Of a stretch of DNA of 64,000 nucleotides, positions 19,852 through 30,488 are shown piece after piece (the stretch's first letter is position 1; each line of letters opens with the position of its first letter). The notes beneath the pieces were generated by a model. It did not search any database. It was not told the DNA's origin and was given only the letters and a program-made list of their open reading frames with translations. The position numbers were made by a program, and so were the translations under genes. The stretch comes from Arenicellales bacterium. Its GTDB lineage: Bacteria > Pseudomonadota > Gammaproteobacteria > Arenicellales > JAJDZL01. The stretch spans positions 25,585 through 89,584 of the forward strand of contig CBDAUJ010000005.1 in the NCBI GenBank assembly GCA_965200545.1, given 5' to 3'.

Positions 19852-20571
19852 ATGGACGCAATGATTCTCGGTGCCGGCCTCGGCAAGCGCATGCGTCCGC
19901 TGACAGTCAGCACACCCAAACCGCTGCTGCGGGCCGGGCCGCACCGGCTGATCGAGTACCACCTTCACAAGCTGGCGCTCTGCGGCTTCGCACACGTGGT
20001 CATCAATACCTCCTACTGCGCCGATCAATTCATTTCGCTGATCGGCGACGGCCGTTCCTACGGGCTTGAGGTCTCCTTTTCGCATGAAGGTCCGGCGCCG
20101 CTGGAAACCGGCGGCGGCATCCGCAACGCGCTGCCACTGATTCGATCCGACGCGTTCGCGGTGGTCAGCGCTGATGTCTTCACCGACTTTGCTTTCGACC
20201 GGCTGTGCCAGCCGGCGCATTCGGGTGCGCATTTGGTCCTGGTCCCCAATCCGCCGCATCATCCAGACGGCGACTTTGTGCTCAATGATGATGCCCGGCT
20301 GCGCTGGGCAACCCCAGATTCAACTCAGCCAAGCCTGACGTACAGCGGTATCGCAGTCATGCACAAGCAGCTCTTCGCCGGCGTCCCCCAGGCGCCGTTT
20401 CCCTTGCGGATGCTCTTCGATCAGGCAATCGCCACCAAGCGGCTCAGCGGTGAGCGGTACTGCGGCGCCTGGCATGACATCGGCAATGTCGAGCGCCTCG
20501 AGCAGCTGAGCGCACGGCTGACTGCAGGCAGCCGCGGCAGCGCAGCCGCCAGCAAAACCGGTCAGTCATAG
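19852..20571 (+). CDS. murU: MurNAc-alpha-1-phosphate uridylyltransferase
   Basis: AMILGAGLGKRMRPLT..PKPL, LETGGGI, NPPHHPDGDF and W.DIG. Confidence 0.9.
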   Translation: MDAMILGAGLGKRMRPLTVSTPKPLLRAGPHRLIEYHLHKLALCGFAHVVINTSYCADQFISLIGDGRSYGLEVSFSHEGPAPLETGGGIRNALPLIRSDAFAVVSADVFTDFAFDRLCQPAHSGAHLVLVPNPPHHPDGDFVLNDDARLRWATPDSTQPSLTYSGIAVMHKQLFAGVPQAPFPLRMLFDQAIATKRLSGERYCGAWHDIGNVERLEQLSARLTAGSRGSAAASKTGQS

Positions 20572-21218
20572 ATCAGTTTTCGATACCCCAGCTGCACCCG
20601 CAGACACTCGACACAGCGGCTGGCGATCGCATCAAGGTCGGCATCCACGCCCAGCTCACGCAAAGTCGTGACTTGCAGGCCAGGCATGCCGCAAACAACA
20701 ATCTGCCTGAAAGCAGCAGTATCCAGATCCACATTCAAGCTGAAACCGTGATAGCTGCACCCCTGGCGGATGCGGATGCCAAGCGATGCGATCTTGTGAT
20801 TTTGCACATAGACGCCCGGCGCGCCGCGGCGCCGCGCGGCACAAATCGCGTACGAATCCAGCACCTCGATGATGACTGACTCGATTATTGTGATCAGATT
20901 GCGAATTCCCTGCCGCCGCCGGCGGATGTCGAGCAGCAGATAGACAATCAGCTGCCCCGGACCGTGGTAGGTCATCTGCCCGCCGCGATCGGAGGCAACC
21001 ACCGGAATCTGCGTTGGCTCAAGCGGCGTGTCGGTGCACGCGACGCCAAGGGTATAGACGGGCGGATGTTCCAACAGCCAGATCTCATCGGGCGTTGCGG
21101 CACTGCGCGCCGTCGAGAACTCACGCATCTGATCGAGCGCGGCTTGGTACGGCACCAGGCCAAGATTGCGGACAACCGCCGTCGCCGCCGGCTGCATCGC
21201 ATCCAATTTCGCAGACAA
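20562..21218 (-). CDS. lipB: Lipoyl(octanoyl) transferase
   Basis: EHPPVYTLG, RGGQMTYHGPGQ, KIASLG and HGFSLN. Confidence 0.95.
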   Translation of the reverse strand: MSAKLDAMQPAATAVVRNLGLVPYQAALDQMREFSTARSAATPDEIWLLEHPPVYTLGVACTDTPLEPTQIPVVASDRGGQMTYHGPGQLIVYLLLDIRRRRQGIRNLITIIESVIIEVLDSYAICAARRRGAPGVYVQNHKIASLGIRIRQGCSYHGFSLNVDLDTAAFRQIVVCGMPGLQVTTLRELGVDADLDAIASRCVECLRVQLGYRKLIYD

Positions 21219-21233
21219 TCGGGCAGCGCCGGG

Positions 21234-22022
21234 CTACTCGGCAACCAGGTAGGGTTTGTCCGGGAGCTTGGGGGTCAGCTGACGGATGATGGCATCAACT
21301 TGCTGCGTCGAGTCGATCGGCCCGATCCGCACTTGATACAGCCGACTGTTGCCAACGATGTGATCCCGGACTTTCACGTCGCTGAAACCCATGGACCGAA
21401 TCGACCGAAGCAGTTTGTTGGCATTGCTCTTGCTCGAGAAAGTGCCCGCCGACAGATAGAATTTGTCAGCGGCGACAGTCGCGCTCGCGCCTTGCGGCGC
21501 CGCCAGGACGGTGACTTCCACCATGCCGGTGCCGGCCTGCACCAGATCAAGTTTCTTGGCCGCCGCATAGGACAGATCAATGATGCGGTCGCCGATAAAC
21601 GGGCCGCGATCATTGACCCGCACGATAATACGCCGCTTGTTCTGCAAGTTTTTGACCGAAACATAAGTCGGCAGCAGCAGCGTCTTATGGGCCGCGGTCA
21701 TCTTGTACATATCGTAACGCTCGCCGCTTGAAGTCCGCTTGCCATGAAATTTCGGTCCGTACCATGAGGCAATGCCGCGCTCGGTAGAGCCGGCTGCCGC
21801 GTACGCCGGCACATACGTCTTGGCCTCGACAGTGTACGGGTGATTGCCGGTGCGGCTGATCGGCTGCGACGACGGCGCCGCATCCGGGATCGAGCCGATA
21901 TCTTCGGCAAGGCCGCTCAGATCGATCGACCGTCCAGACGAGCAGCCGTAGGATGCGGCCAGCAGCGCCAAGGCCGCCGCCAGGATAAGTTTGCGTTCAG
22001 CTGGCATCTCTTCTGGCGGCAA
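21234..22022 (-). CDS. rlpA: Septal lytic transglycosylase lipoprotein RlpA
   Basis: Lipobox, ASWYG..FHG, TAAHKTL and RVNDRGPF; C-terminal SPOR domain. Confidence 0.93.
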   Translation of the reverse strand: MPPEEMPAERKLILAAALALLAASYGCSSGRSIDLSGLAEDIGSIPDAAPSSQPISRTGNHPYTVEAKTYVPAYAAAGSTERGIASWYGPKFHGKRTSSGERYDMYKMTAAHKTLLLPTYVSVKNLQNKRRIIVRVNDRGPFIGDRIIDLSYAAAKKLDLVQAGTGMVEVTVLAAPQGASATVAADKFYLSAGTFSSKSNANKLLRSIRSMGFSDVKVRDHIVGNSRLYQVRIGPIDSTQQVDAIIRQLTPKLPDKPYLVAE

Positions 22023-23025
22023 TCAGTTCCGCAAACTCTGCCACAGCCATCGCATACAGCGTGCTTCTGTTGTATTTGGTGATGACATAAAAGTTCGGGT
22101 ATCCGGCACGGTAGCTGAAAACCCCCGGGCGGGTCTCGAACTTCAGCACCCCGAGCTGCATATCATCTGCGGGCACCTCAGTGTCAGCCAGCGCAACGCC
22201 AGCCCGCTTGAGATCAGCGTAGCGACGATCGCTGTCCAGCCCCGCTGTCAGCAAGCCATCCAAAACGGTCGCATCCGCCGCGCTGAGCACCGCGTGTGTT
22301 TTGCCATTCGGCTGCCAGCCGTGCTCAGCCAGATAGTTGGCGACACTGCCAATGGCATCGTCCACTTCGCCGATCAGATCACGACGGCCATTGCTGTTGA
22401 AATCCACGGCATAATGGCGGTAGCTGCTTGAGATAAACTGCGGAATGCCGATCGCACCGGCATACGAGCCCTTGACCTCAAGCGGATTGAGGCCTTCTTC
22501 ATCGATCAGCATCAGGAACTCGACGAGCTCCCGCTTGAAAAAGTCGCTGCGGCGGGGATAGCCCAGCGTCAGGGTCACCAGCGAATCGATCACCCGATGC
22601 CGGCCGGTGTAGCGGCCAAAGCGCGTCTCAACCCCGATAATCGCCACGATGACCGACGCGGCGACGCCATACTCACGCTCGGCTTCGGCCAGTGCCTGCG
22701 CATTCTGGTTCCAGAACTGAACCCCGGATATGACATTCGCCTCAGTCACAAAAATCTTGCGATAGCGATACCATGCGAGCCGCTTTTCTGCCGGCCGGGT
22801 GATGGCCTCCACGATGCTGTCCTGATAAACGGCATCGGCAAGCAGCGCCCGGATCCACTCGGCATCCAGCGCATGCTGCTCGACCAGCTCATCCGCCAGT
22901 GCCTTGGCTGCCGCATTTTGCTCGATATCAATCGCGTGGACAGGCTGCTGAGCCATTGACGCCGCCACCAGCAGCAACGCGGCGGTGGCCGCCGTCCTGC
23001 TGCGCTCACATACTTTTAGTCGCAT
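21997..23025 (-). CDS. mltB: Lytic murein transglycosylase B
   Basis: IIGVETRFG, GSYAGAIG.PQF.SSY, SVANYL and ITKYNRS..YA. Confidence 0.95.
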   Translation of the reverse strand: MRLKVCERSRTAATAALLLVAASMAQQPVHAIDIEQNAAAKALADELVEQHALDAEWIRALLADAVYQDSIVEAITRPAEKRLAWYRYRKIFVTEANVISGVQFWNQNAQALAEAEREYGVAASVIVAIIGVETRFGRYTGRHRVIDSLVTLTLGYPRRSDFFKRELVEFLMLIDEEGLNPLEVKGSYAGAIGIPQFISSSYRHYAVDFNSNGRRDLIGEVDDAIGSVANYLAEHGWQPNGKTHAVLSAADATVLDGLLTAGLDSDRRYADLKRAGVALADTEVPADDMQLGVLKFETRPGVFSYRAGYPNFYVITKYNRSTLYAMAVAEFAELIAARRDAS

Positions 23026-24103
23026 TTCGCACTCCCATAACCAAACCGAGCCCGATCAATACCGTCAGCATTGAAGTTCCCCCATAACTCAACAGGGGCA
23101 AAGGCACACCGACGACCGGCAGAATTCCAGAAACCATGCCGACATTGACAAACAGATGAGTAAAAATCAGCGCCCCGACACAGCCGGCAACGATCCGGCC
23201 AAACTCCGTATTGCACTGATAGCCGATTGCAAAACAACGATAAATCAGCAGCAGATAAACGGCAACAAGCACGATCCCGCCAATCAGCCCGAATTCTTCG
23301 GCAAATACAGAGAAAATAAAATCCGTGCTGCGTTCCGGGATGAAATCCAATTGCGACTGGCTGCCTTGCAGCCAGCCTTTGCCGAACAGACCGCCGGACC
23401 CGATCGCAATCATGGATTGAATCGAGTGGTAGCCCGCCCCCAGCGGATCAGTCCACGGATCGAACATGGTGATCACACGCTGGCGCTGATACGCATGCAG
23501 CAGCGGCCATGCCAGCGGGATGGCGCTGATGCAGACCACCGCACCGGCAATGAGGGTGCGCCAGCTGATGCCGCCCAAAAAAATCGCAAATGCGCCGACC
23601 GCAACCACGAGCAGGGCCGTGCCCAGATCCGGCTGCCGATACACCAAAAATGCCGGCGCCAGCACCAGTACGGCCGCCATCACATAGCTGAGTCGGCGAT
23701 TGAACATCTGCGAGCGCGTTAGCAGCCAGCCGATCATCATCGGCAAGATAATTTTCATCAGCTCAGCCGGCTGAAACCGAATCACGCCGAGATCCAGCCA
23801 GCGCTGCGCGCCGCGGCCGATCACACCGAATAACAGTACCAACACCAGCAGCGCAAACACGACGAAGTACAAATAGGGTGTCGACTGGTACAGCTTCTCA
23901 AGTGGAATGAATGCCACCGCAAACATCACCGCAAAGGCAAAGGCCATGCGCACTGACTGGCGCCCCAGCAAATCCCAATCCTGTGCGCCGGCGCTGAACT
24001 GCACCGCCAAACCCATCGCGCCCAGAATCAAGACCAGGCAGATGAGCTGCAGATCAAACTGCGAGCGGATTTGGATCGCGAGGTTCACGCTACTGCCCGG
24101 CAC
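23006..24103 (-). CDS. rodA: Rod shape-determining protein RodA
   Basis: GAQRW, FQPAE, QPDLGT, IGSGG..GKG and TDFIF. Confidence 0.95.
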   Translation of the reverse strand: MPGSSVNLAIQIRSQFDLQLICLVLILGAMGLAVQFSAGAQDWDLLGRQSVRMAFAFAVMFAVAFIPLEKLYQSTPYLYFVVFALLVLVLLFGVIGRGAQRWLDLGVIRFQPAELMKIILPMMIGWLLTRSQMFNRRLSYVMAAVLVLAPAFLVYRQPDLGTALLVVAVGAFAIFLGGISWRTLIAGAVVCISAIPLAWPLLHAYQRQRVITMFDPWTDPLGAGYHSIQSMIAIGSGGLFGKGWLQGSQSQLDFIPERSTDFIFSVFAEEFGLIGGIVLVAVYLLLIYRCFAIGYQCNTEFGRIVAGCVGALIFTHLFVNVGMVSGILPVVGVPLPLLSYGGTSMLTVLIGLGLVMGVRNATKSM

Positions 24104-25979
24104 TCAATGCGACCTGGTCCGCTGCGCCGTCCGGCGCAGCGCCCAAAAGATGATGATCCATGATTTCCTTGACAATGGGCGCGACCGCACTGCCGGCGCC
24201 GATGTTCTCAACCACGGCCGCGACCACGATCTGCGGATCCTCCGCCGGCGCAAACGCAATAAACGTCCCGTGCGGCTGAAATTTCTTCGCATACTTCTCC
24301 ACATCCCAATCTTCCGCCGCATCCGGTCTGCTGATTACTTGGACGGTTCCCGTTTTGGCCGCAACCGTATATTGCAGGTCCGGCGCGATCCGGCGCGCGG
24401 TGCCCTGTGCGCCATGCACCACATCAATCATCGCCGGAATGATGCGGTTATAGTAGGCGGGGTTGACATCAATCAGTCCGCGCCGCCGCGGCTCCAACTC
24501 AAGCGCCTGCCCGGTATTGGCATCAACGGTCTTGTAGATCAGTTTCGGACTGATCCACTCGCCCTGCGTGGCAATCAGCGAAGTGGCCTGCGCCAGCTGC
24601 AGCACAGTGGTCGTGAGCGCACCCTGGCCGATCGACAGCGACAGTGTCTCGCCGAGATACCAAGGCTCATTGAAAGTGCGCCGCTTCCAATCTCGGGACG
24701 GCAAAATGCCCGCATATTCATAAACCAAATCAATGCCGGTAGGCTGGCCAAAGCCGAATTTAGCCAGTTCCGAATTGAGACCGTCAATGCCAAGCGACTG
24801 CGAGAGGACATAAAAATAGACATCGCACGATTCGGCAATCGCTTTGCGCAGATCGACTTGTCCATGACCGGTCGACTTCCAGCAGCGATACTTGCGCTTG
24901 ACGCCGGGCAGCTGGTAATAGCCCGGACAGAAAACGGTCCGATCCGCCAGGTTGTATTCATGGATGGCCAGTCCCATAAAGGGCTTGATGGTCGATCCGG
25001 GCGGATAGCGGCCTTGGATGGCGCGGTTCAGCAAGGGACTGTCGGCGTTCTGCAGCAGCTCGCTGCGCAGTTCGCTGTCGCCTGCCAGCCCGAACTCATT
25101 GGGATTGAACGAGGGTTTGGAGACCATGGCGAGCACATCACCCGTCCTGGGATCAATGGCAACAACGGCGCCCGCCTGCTCGCCCAGGGCGTCGAACGCC
25201 CTGCGCTGCAGGCCGGCATCAATCGTCAGAAAAACATCATTGCCCGATTTCGGCAGCACACTGGAAACGGTCCGCACTCGATTGCCGTGCGCATTGGTCT
25301 CGACCTGCTGATAGCCGGGCCAGCCTAGCAGCGTATCTTCCACGGCGCGCTCGGCGCCGTATTTGCCGATGTGCTGGGTGCCGCGATAGCGCACCGGGTC
25401 AATGCGCGCCTGATCTTCAACCGACACGCGCTCAGTCCGTCCGACCACATGCGAGGCATACTCGTTCTGGACATAGACGCGATACAGATTGGTATCGATG
25501 TGGGCGCCGGGCAGACGGAACATGTTGACTGCCAGCAGGCCTACCTGCGCGTCGGTCAGGATATCTTTCAGCGTGTGGGGATCCGACCTGTTGCCGTTTC
25601 GGACCGATGCCTGAAAGGTTTTCAGCTCATGCGCATCCAGTTCAACGAGGGTGCTGAGATCCGCCAGCAGCTGATCCAAGTCATCCGCGTTCGCCGGCAC
25701 CACATCCAAACGGTAGGCGGTTTCGTTGCGCGCCAGAATCACGCCATTGCGGTCGTAGATTTGACCGCGAATCGGCGGGGTCGGCACGACCCGAATGCGA
25801 TTGTCCACCGATAGGGCGGAAAAATTATCATAGGCCACAACCTGCAGATAGACGAGTCGCCCGAGCAGCGCGATTGCCGCTGCACCCACCACCAAGGCGG
25901 CCAGCAGAATCCGATACTGGCTGCCGATCTTCAAGTGAATGACAGCCGGATGGTCGAATATGCTATTCCAGGATACCAT
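24090..25979 (-). CDS. mrdA: Penicillin-binding protein 2
   Basis: RG.IYDRNG, YPPGSTIK (SxxK), SCD and KTGT; start placed at MVSW overlapping the mreD end. Confidence 0.93.
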   Translation of the reverse strand: MVSWNSIFDHPAVIHLKIGSQYRILLAALVVGAAAIALLGRLVYLQVVAYDNFSALSVDNRIRVVPTPPIRGQIYDRNGVILARNETAYRLDVVPANADDLDQLLADLSTLVELDAHELKTFQASVRNGNRSDPHTLKDILTDAQVGLLAVNMFRLPGAHIDTNLYRVYVQNEYASHVVGRTERVSVEDQARIDPVRYRGTQHIGKYGAERAVEDTLLGWPGYQQVETNAHGNRVRTVSSVLPKSGNDVFLTIDAGLQRRAFDALGEQAGAVVAIDPRTGDVLAMVSKPSFNPNEFGLAGDSELRSELLQNADSPLLNRAIQGRYPPGSTIKPFMGLAIHEYNLADRTVFCPGYYQLPGVKRKYRCWKSTGHGQVDLRKAIAESCDVYFYVLSQSLGIDGLNSELAKFGFGQPTGIDLVYEYAGILPSRDWKRRTFNEPWYLGETLSLSIGQGALTTTVLQLAQATSLIATQGEWISPKLIYKTVDANTGQALELEPRRRGLIDVNPAYYNRIIPAMIDVVHGAQGTARRIAPDLQYTVAAKTGTVQVISRPDAAEDWDVEKYAKKFQPHGTFIAFAPAEDPQIVVAAVVENIGAGSAVAPIVKEIMDHHLLGAAPDGAADQVALSAGQ

Positions 25980-26436
25980 GACGCCGCCGTTCGACGATTC
26001 GCACACACGTGCTGCAGGCAAAGTAGATGAGCATGCCGCTGACCGGCGCAAGCCACAGCGCAACTGACCCGGCATTGCCGTGCGCGGCAAAATTGACCGC
26101 CGTAAGCACACCGGCGTTGACCAGCAGCAGCACAAACACCGCGCCTGCTTTCGCCTTGCTCGACAGATCCTCTCTGCCGCTGAACTTGATTGTCAGATAG
26201 ACAACCGTGACCTTCGCCAGCGCATGCTGCCCCAAGACACCGAAAGTAATCACATCAGTGAGCAGCCCGACCACGAACGCGGTAAAGATGCCTGCCCGGT
26301 GCGCGTGATGCCAGGCCCAGAAAATCAGTGCCAGCGTGACGACATCCGGCCTGAGCAGGGCGACCGCCTCGGGCAGTGGGACGACCATCGCCAGGAACGC
26401 CAGCACAAAAGTCAAATAGCAAACCGCGTAAACCAT
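25963..26436 (-). CDS. mreD: Rod shape-determining protein MreD
   Basis: Hydrophobic; RPD...L.L.FW and GL..D...G.LG.HAL; operon position. Confidence 0.9.
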   Translation of the reverse strand: MVYAVCYLTFVLAFLAMVVPLPEAVALLRPDVVTLALIFWAWHHAHRAGIFTAFVVGLLTDVITFGVLGQHALAKVTVVYLTIKFSGREDLSSKAKAGAVFVLLLVNAGVLTAVNFAAHGNAGSVALWLAPVSGMLIYFACSTCVRIVERRRHGILE

Positions 26437-26448
26437 GCTCGACCCAAC

Positions 26449-27315
26449 CTACTCTTCGCTTGATCGCTGCATGGCAATCTCGCCAGCCGACTCATCTTGC
26501 GGCGGACTCCAGACGATTAGAATTTCGTAACTGGGGTCAAGCTGCGCCAGCGGCTCTGCGGATACTTCGGCAAACGGCACATCGGGATTGCTGTCAACGC
26601 GACTGATTTCCGCCACCGGGTAACCGACCGGGAAGCGCTCGCCAAGCCCCGAGGTGATCAGCACATCACCAACCTGCACATCCTGATCAGAACGCACGCC
26701 GGTAATCTGCAGCTCATGCGTCTTGCCAATGCCATTGGCAACCGCGAGGATGCCATTGCGCTTGATTCTCACCGGCAGCGAGTGATTCGGATCCGTAATC
26801 AGGGTCACCGCACTGTCGGATCGTGTCGTCGCGGTGATCTGGCCGATCACCCCGCGGTGATCAACGACCGCCTGGCCGACATTGATGCGGTCCTCAGCGC
26901 CGCGGTCAAGCACGACTTTCTGCGCCGCGGGCTGCAGCTGAACGGATACGACTTTGGACGACAGGACGGGGTATTCGACCCGTTCCTGCGCCTCCACCAA
27001 TTCCGCCAGCCAGCGGCTGCGCAGCTCCTCTTGCTCAAGCGCAATGATGCGTTTTCTCAGAGCGCTGTTTTCCGCGACCACGGCCCGATTGCGCTGGCGC
27101 AGCGCCTCGCGCTCCTCAAACAGGCGCAGCACATAGTCGCGCGCATCGTGAATCAGCTGCGAGGTCTCCACTATCGGCTTGGCGATGGCAAATAGCGCTG
27201 TCCGCGAACCCGCAAGAAAAGTGGTATTGGAGTCCGTCGCGACGACAATCAATGCCAGCGCCGCCGCAATATAGAACTTCACAGTATTCTTATTGATCTT
27301 GGAAGCACCCATCAC
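26449..27315 (-). CDS. mreC: Rod shape-determining protein MreC
   Basis: Coiled coil, GD.L.TSGLG.RFP.GYPV. Confidence 0.93.
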   Translation of the reverse strand: MMGASKINKNTVKFYIAAALALIVVATDSNTTFLAGSRTALFAIAKPIVETSQLIHDARDYVLRLFEEREALRQRNRAVVAENSALRKRIIALEQEELRSRWLAELVEAQERVEYPVLSSKVVSVQLQPAAQKVVLDRGAEDRINVGQAVVDHRGVIGQITATTRSDSAVTLITDPNHSLPVRIKRNGILAVANGIGKTHELQITGVRSDQDVQVGDVLITSGLGERFPVGYPVAEISRVDSNPDVPFAEVSAEPLAQLDPSYEILIVWSPPQDESAGEIAMQRSSEE

Positions 27316-27370
27316 TCAGCCAGCCGCTGCGGCCTGATTGAACCAATCCCATCACCCGCTCCAGTCCACG

Positions 27371-28426
27371 CTACTCCACCGACGCCACCTTGCGCAGCAG
27401 ATCGACACTCTCAAGCGCCTTGCCGCAGCCGCGCGCCACGCACGACAGCGGATCTTCGGCAATGATGGTCGGGATTTTGAGCTCTTCGTTGAATCGCTTG
27501 TCGATATCACGCAGCAGCGCACCGCCGCCTGCCAGCAAGATGCCATGCTCGGATATATCCACGGACAATTCCGGCGGCGACCGCTCCAGAACAGTTCGCA
27601 CCGCATTGATGATTTCAGTAATCGAGTCGTTGAGCACCTCACAGATTTCAGCGCCATAAATCAGGTTCTTGCGCATCGTACCGCGATGATCGCGGCCGCG
27701 CACTTCCATCATCGTTTCACCGGATTTGCCCCACGCAGTGCCGATCAGCTGCTTGATGCGCTCGGCCGTCGGCAGCCCAATCTGAATGTCGAAGCTTTCC
27801 TCCACATACTGCTTGATGCGCATGTCAAACAAATCGCCGGCGTAGCGCAGTGTATCCGAGCAGACCAGGCCATTGAGGGAAATGACGCCAATTTCGGTTG
27901 TGCCGCCGCCGATATCAACGACCATCGAGCCGACCGGCTCGGAAATCGGCAGATTCATTCCAATCGCAACCGCCATGGGCTCTTCGAGCAGGAAAACTTC
28001 GCGAGCCCCGGCGCCGAGACAGGATTCGCGAATCGCTCTTCGTTCCACCTGTGTCGACTGGCACGGCACACTGATTACCGTACGCGGGCGCATGAACAGC
28101 CTGCGGGATTGCACTTTGCCGATGAAGTGCTTGAGCATGATCTCGGTTACCGAAAAATCAGCAATCACCCCGTCCCGCATCGGTCGAATCGCCTGAATAT
28201 TGGCCGGCGTCCTGCCGAGCATCTGCTTGGCCTCCTTGCCTACTGCCACCACCGAATCGGCGAGCCGCTTGCTGCGCTGGCGGCCATGATAGTCCGGCAC
28301 ATGCACCGCGACGACCGAGGGCTCATCCAAAATGATCACCTTGCTCGCGCGATCATAGATCAGCGTATTGGCAGTTCCCAAATCAATCGCCAAGTCTTGC
28401 GTAAAGTAATCCAGAAATTTCGCCAT
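27371..28426 (-). CDS. mreB: Actin-like protein MreB
   Basis: DLGTANTL, EPSVVA, DIGGGTTE and GGGALL. Confidence 0.97.
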   Translation of the reverse strand: MAKFLDYFTQDLAIDLGTANTLIYDRASKVIILDEPSVVAVHVPDYHGRQRSKRLADSVVAVGKEAKQMLGRTPANIQAIRPMRDGVIADFSVTEIMLKHFIGKVQSRRLFMRPRTVISVPCQSTQVERRAIRESCLGAGAREVFLLEEPMAVAIGMNLPISEPVGSMVVDIGGGTTEIGVISLNGLVCSDTLRYAGDLFDMRIKQYVEESFDIQIGLPTAERIKQLIGTAWGKSGETMMEVRGRDHRGTMRKNLIYGAEICEVLNDSITEIINAVRTVLERSPPELSVDISEHGILLAGGGALLRDIDKRFNEELKIPTIIAEDPLSCVARGCGKALESVDLLRKVASVE

Positions 28427-28567
28427 CTCGTTTGATTCAGGTGGTGAAGGCCGCCGGGTCCAGCCAAGGCCGGGAAATGCACAATGCAGCCTGCCGACAT
28501 ACTATATTTGCGCAGATAATTATCCAAAGCCATTATAATTTTGTCTGTGCGCTGATGGAGACTCGTA

Positions 28568-28858
28568 TTGATGCCAATTTCGAATTCAAATATTGTCCAG
28601 ATAACCGCCCTGGCGAATCTGGAAATTGATGCAGATCGCGAGCCGCAGCTCGAAGATGAGCTGCGCGGCATCTTGGAATTGATTCATCAGATGCAGCAGA
28701 TTGATACCGCCGATGTCGAGCCGATGTCGCATCCGCAGGACTTGCAGCTGCGCCTGCGCGCCGACCGCGTCACCGAGCCGGATCAGCGAGCCGGCTTGCA
28801 AGCGATCGCGCCGCACATCCAAGACGGCTTGTATATTGTTCCCAAAGTATTGGATTGA
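28568..28858 (+). CDS. gatC: Asp/Glu-tRNA amidotransferase subunit C
   Basis: VEPMSHP, LR.D.V and VPKV; upstream of gatA. Confidence 0.9.
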   Translation: MMPISNSNIVQITALANLEIDADREPQLEDELRGILELIHQMQQIDTADVEPMSHPQDLQLRLRADRVTEPDQRAGLQAIAPHIQDGLYIVPKVLD

Positions 28859-29027
28859 TTGCGCACCCTGGCGCGCCGCGGCATCTCCCAAGGCGTATGG
28901 CAGGCAAGCCGGCGACCGCAACGGCAAATCGGATCCATACGATTCCTGACAAAGATTGTTCGGTGTCGCCGTTCTGACCGACTGCACGGATTGTTTGAAA
29001 CCGGTGGAAACCACGACCAAAGCGCCC

Positions 29028-30488
29028 ATGCCCGAGTGGACATCTCTGACCCAGGCGCAAGCCGCATTGCGCAGCGGCGCCCTGTCTGCTGTCGAGCTGT
29101 GCAATTATTTTCTTGACCGGATTGACGGCGCAAGCCAGCTCAACGCTTTCATTTCGATTGATCGTGAAGGCGCGCTGCGTCAGGCCGATGCGATCGATGG
29201 CCGCAGGCGCGAGCAGCACGCGCTGGGGGCGCTGGCAGGCATCCCGATTGCGCACAAGGACATCTTTTGCACGGCCGGCCTGCGAACCACCTGCGCCTCG
29301 AGAATTCTGGCAGACTTCACTGCGCCCTACGATGCCACTGTGGTGCAAAAGCTCAAAGACTGCGACACCGTCATGCTGGGCAAAACCAACATGGATGAAT
29401 TCGCCATGGGATCATCCAGCGAGCACTCGCATTTCGGTTCCGTCAAGAATCCTTGGGACCCGGCGCGAGTGCCAGGCGGCAGTTCCGGCGGCTCTGCCGC
29501 AGCCGTCGCGGCCGGACTGGCACTGGCGGCCACAGGTACCGACACCGGCGGCTCAGTGCGGCAGCCGGCGGCTTTATGCGGCATCACTGGAATCAAGCCG
29601 AGCTATGGCCGCGTCTCGCGGTTCGGCATCGTCGCGTTTGCCTCATCGCTGGACCAGGCGGGTGTGTTTGCGGCCACCGCCCGCGACGCAGCGGTGATGC
29701 TTGATGCCATCTGCGGCCATGATCCGAGCGACTCCACCTCCTTGGATATCGCGCCGCCGCACTGCCAGCGAAGTCTGGATGAATCGGTGGCCGGTTTGCG
29801 CATCGGCGTTCCTGAAGAATACTTTACCGCCGGTCTTGATGCACAGGTCGGCGATGCTGTCGAGCGCGCCGTGGCCGCGTTTGAGGCTCTTGGCGCCAAG
29901 CGGGTCCGGCTGAGTCTGCCGAACGCCCAAGCCGCCATTCCATGCTATTACGTCATCGCACCGGCCGAGGCATCGTCGAATCTGTCACGCTTCGACGGCG
30001 TGCGCTACGGCTATCGCAGCGCGTCGGCAGACTCGCTGGAACAGCTCTACAAGCGCACTCGAAGCGAGGGCTTCGGTTACGAGGTGCAGCGCAGAATTCT
30101 GATCGGGACTTACGTACTCTCGCACGGCTACTACGATGCCTATTATCTGCAAGCCCAAAGAATCCGCCGCCTGATCGCAGATGATTTTGCGCAAGCCTTT
30201 GAGAAGTGCAATCTCATCATGGGGCCGACGACTCCGACCAGCGCGTTTCATATTGGCGAGAAAACCGCAGATCCAGTACAAATGTATTTGAACGATATCT
30301 ACACGGCCTCAGTCAATCTGGCCGGACTGCCGGCCATGTCAATTCCGGCCGGACTTGACCGTCAGGGGCTGCCGGTTGGATTGCAGATCATCGCCCCATA
30401 CCTGCAGGAAGAGCGATTGTTGCAGGCTGCGCACCAATTTCAGCTGCATACCCGCCATCACCTGAATCGTCCGGGACAATCGTCATGA
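29028..30488 (+). CDS. gatA: Asp/Glu-tRNA amidotransferase subunit A
   Basis: [30 protein letters not shown] and SSNLSRFDG. Confidence 0.97.
   Translation: MPEWTSLTQAQAALRSGALSAVELCNYFLDRIDGASQLNAFISIDREGALRQADAIDGRRREQHALGALAGIPIAHKDIFCTAGLRTTCASRILADFTAPYDATVVQKLKDCDTVMLGKTNMDEFAMGSSSEHSHFGSVKNPWDPARVPGGSSGGSAAAVAAGLALAATGTDTGGSVRQPAALCGITGIKPSYGRVSRFGIVAFASSLDQAGVFAATARDAAVMLDAICGHDPSDSTSLDIAPPHCQRSLDESVAGLRIGVPEEYFTAGLDAQVGDAVERAVAAFEALGAKRVRLSLPNAQAAIPCYYVIAPAEASSNLSRFDGVRYGYRSASADSLEQLYKRTRSEGFGYEVQRRILIGTYVLSHGYYDAYYLQAQRIRRLIADDFAQAFEKCNLIMGPTTPTSAFHIGEKTADPVQMYLNDIYTASVNLAGLPAMSIPAGLDRQGLPVGLQIIAPYLQEERLLQAAHQFQLHTRHHLNRPGQSS

Noticed and set aside
25980-26135. Extended mrdA start (681 aa)
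   Set aside because: It overlaps mreD out of frame; MVSW at 25979 is more plausible.
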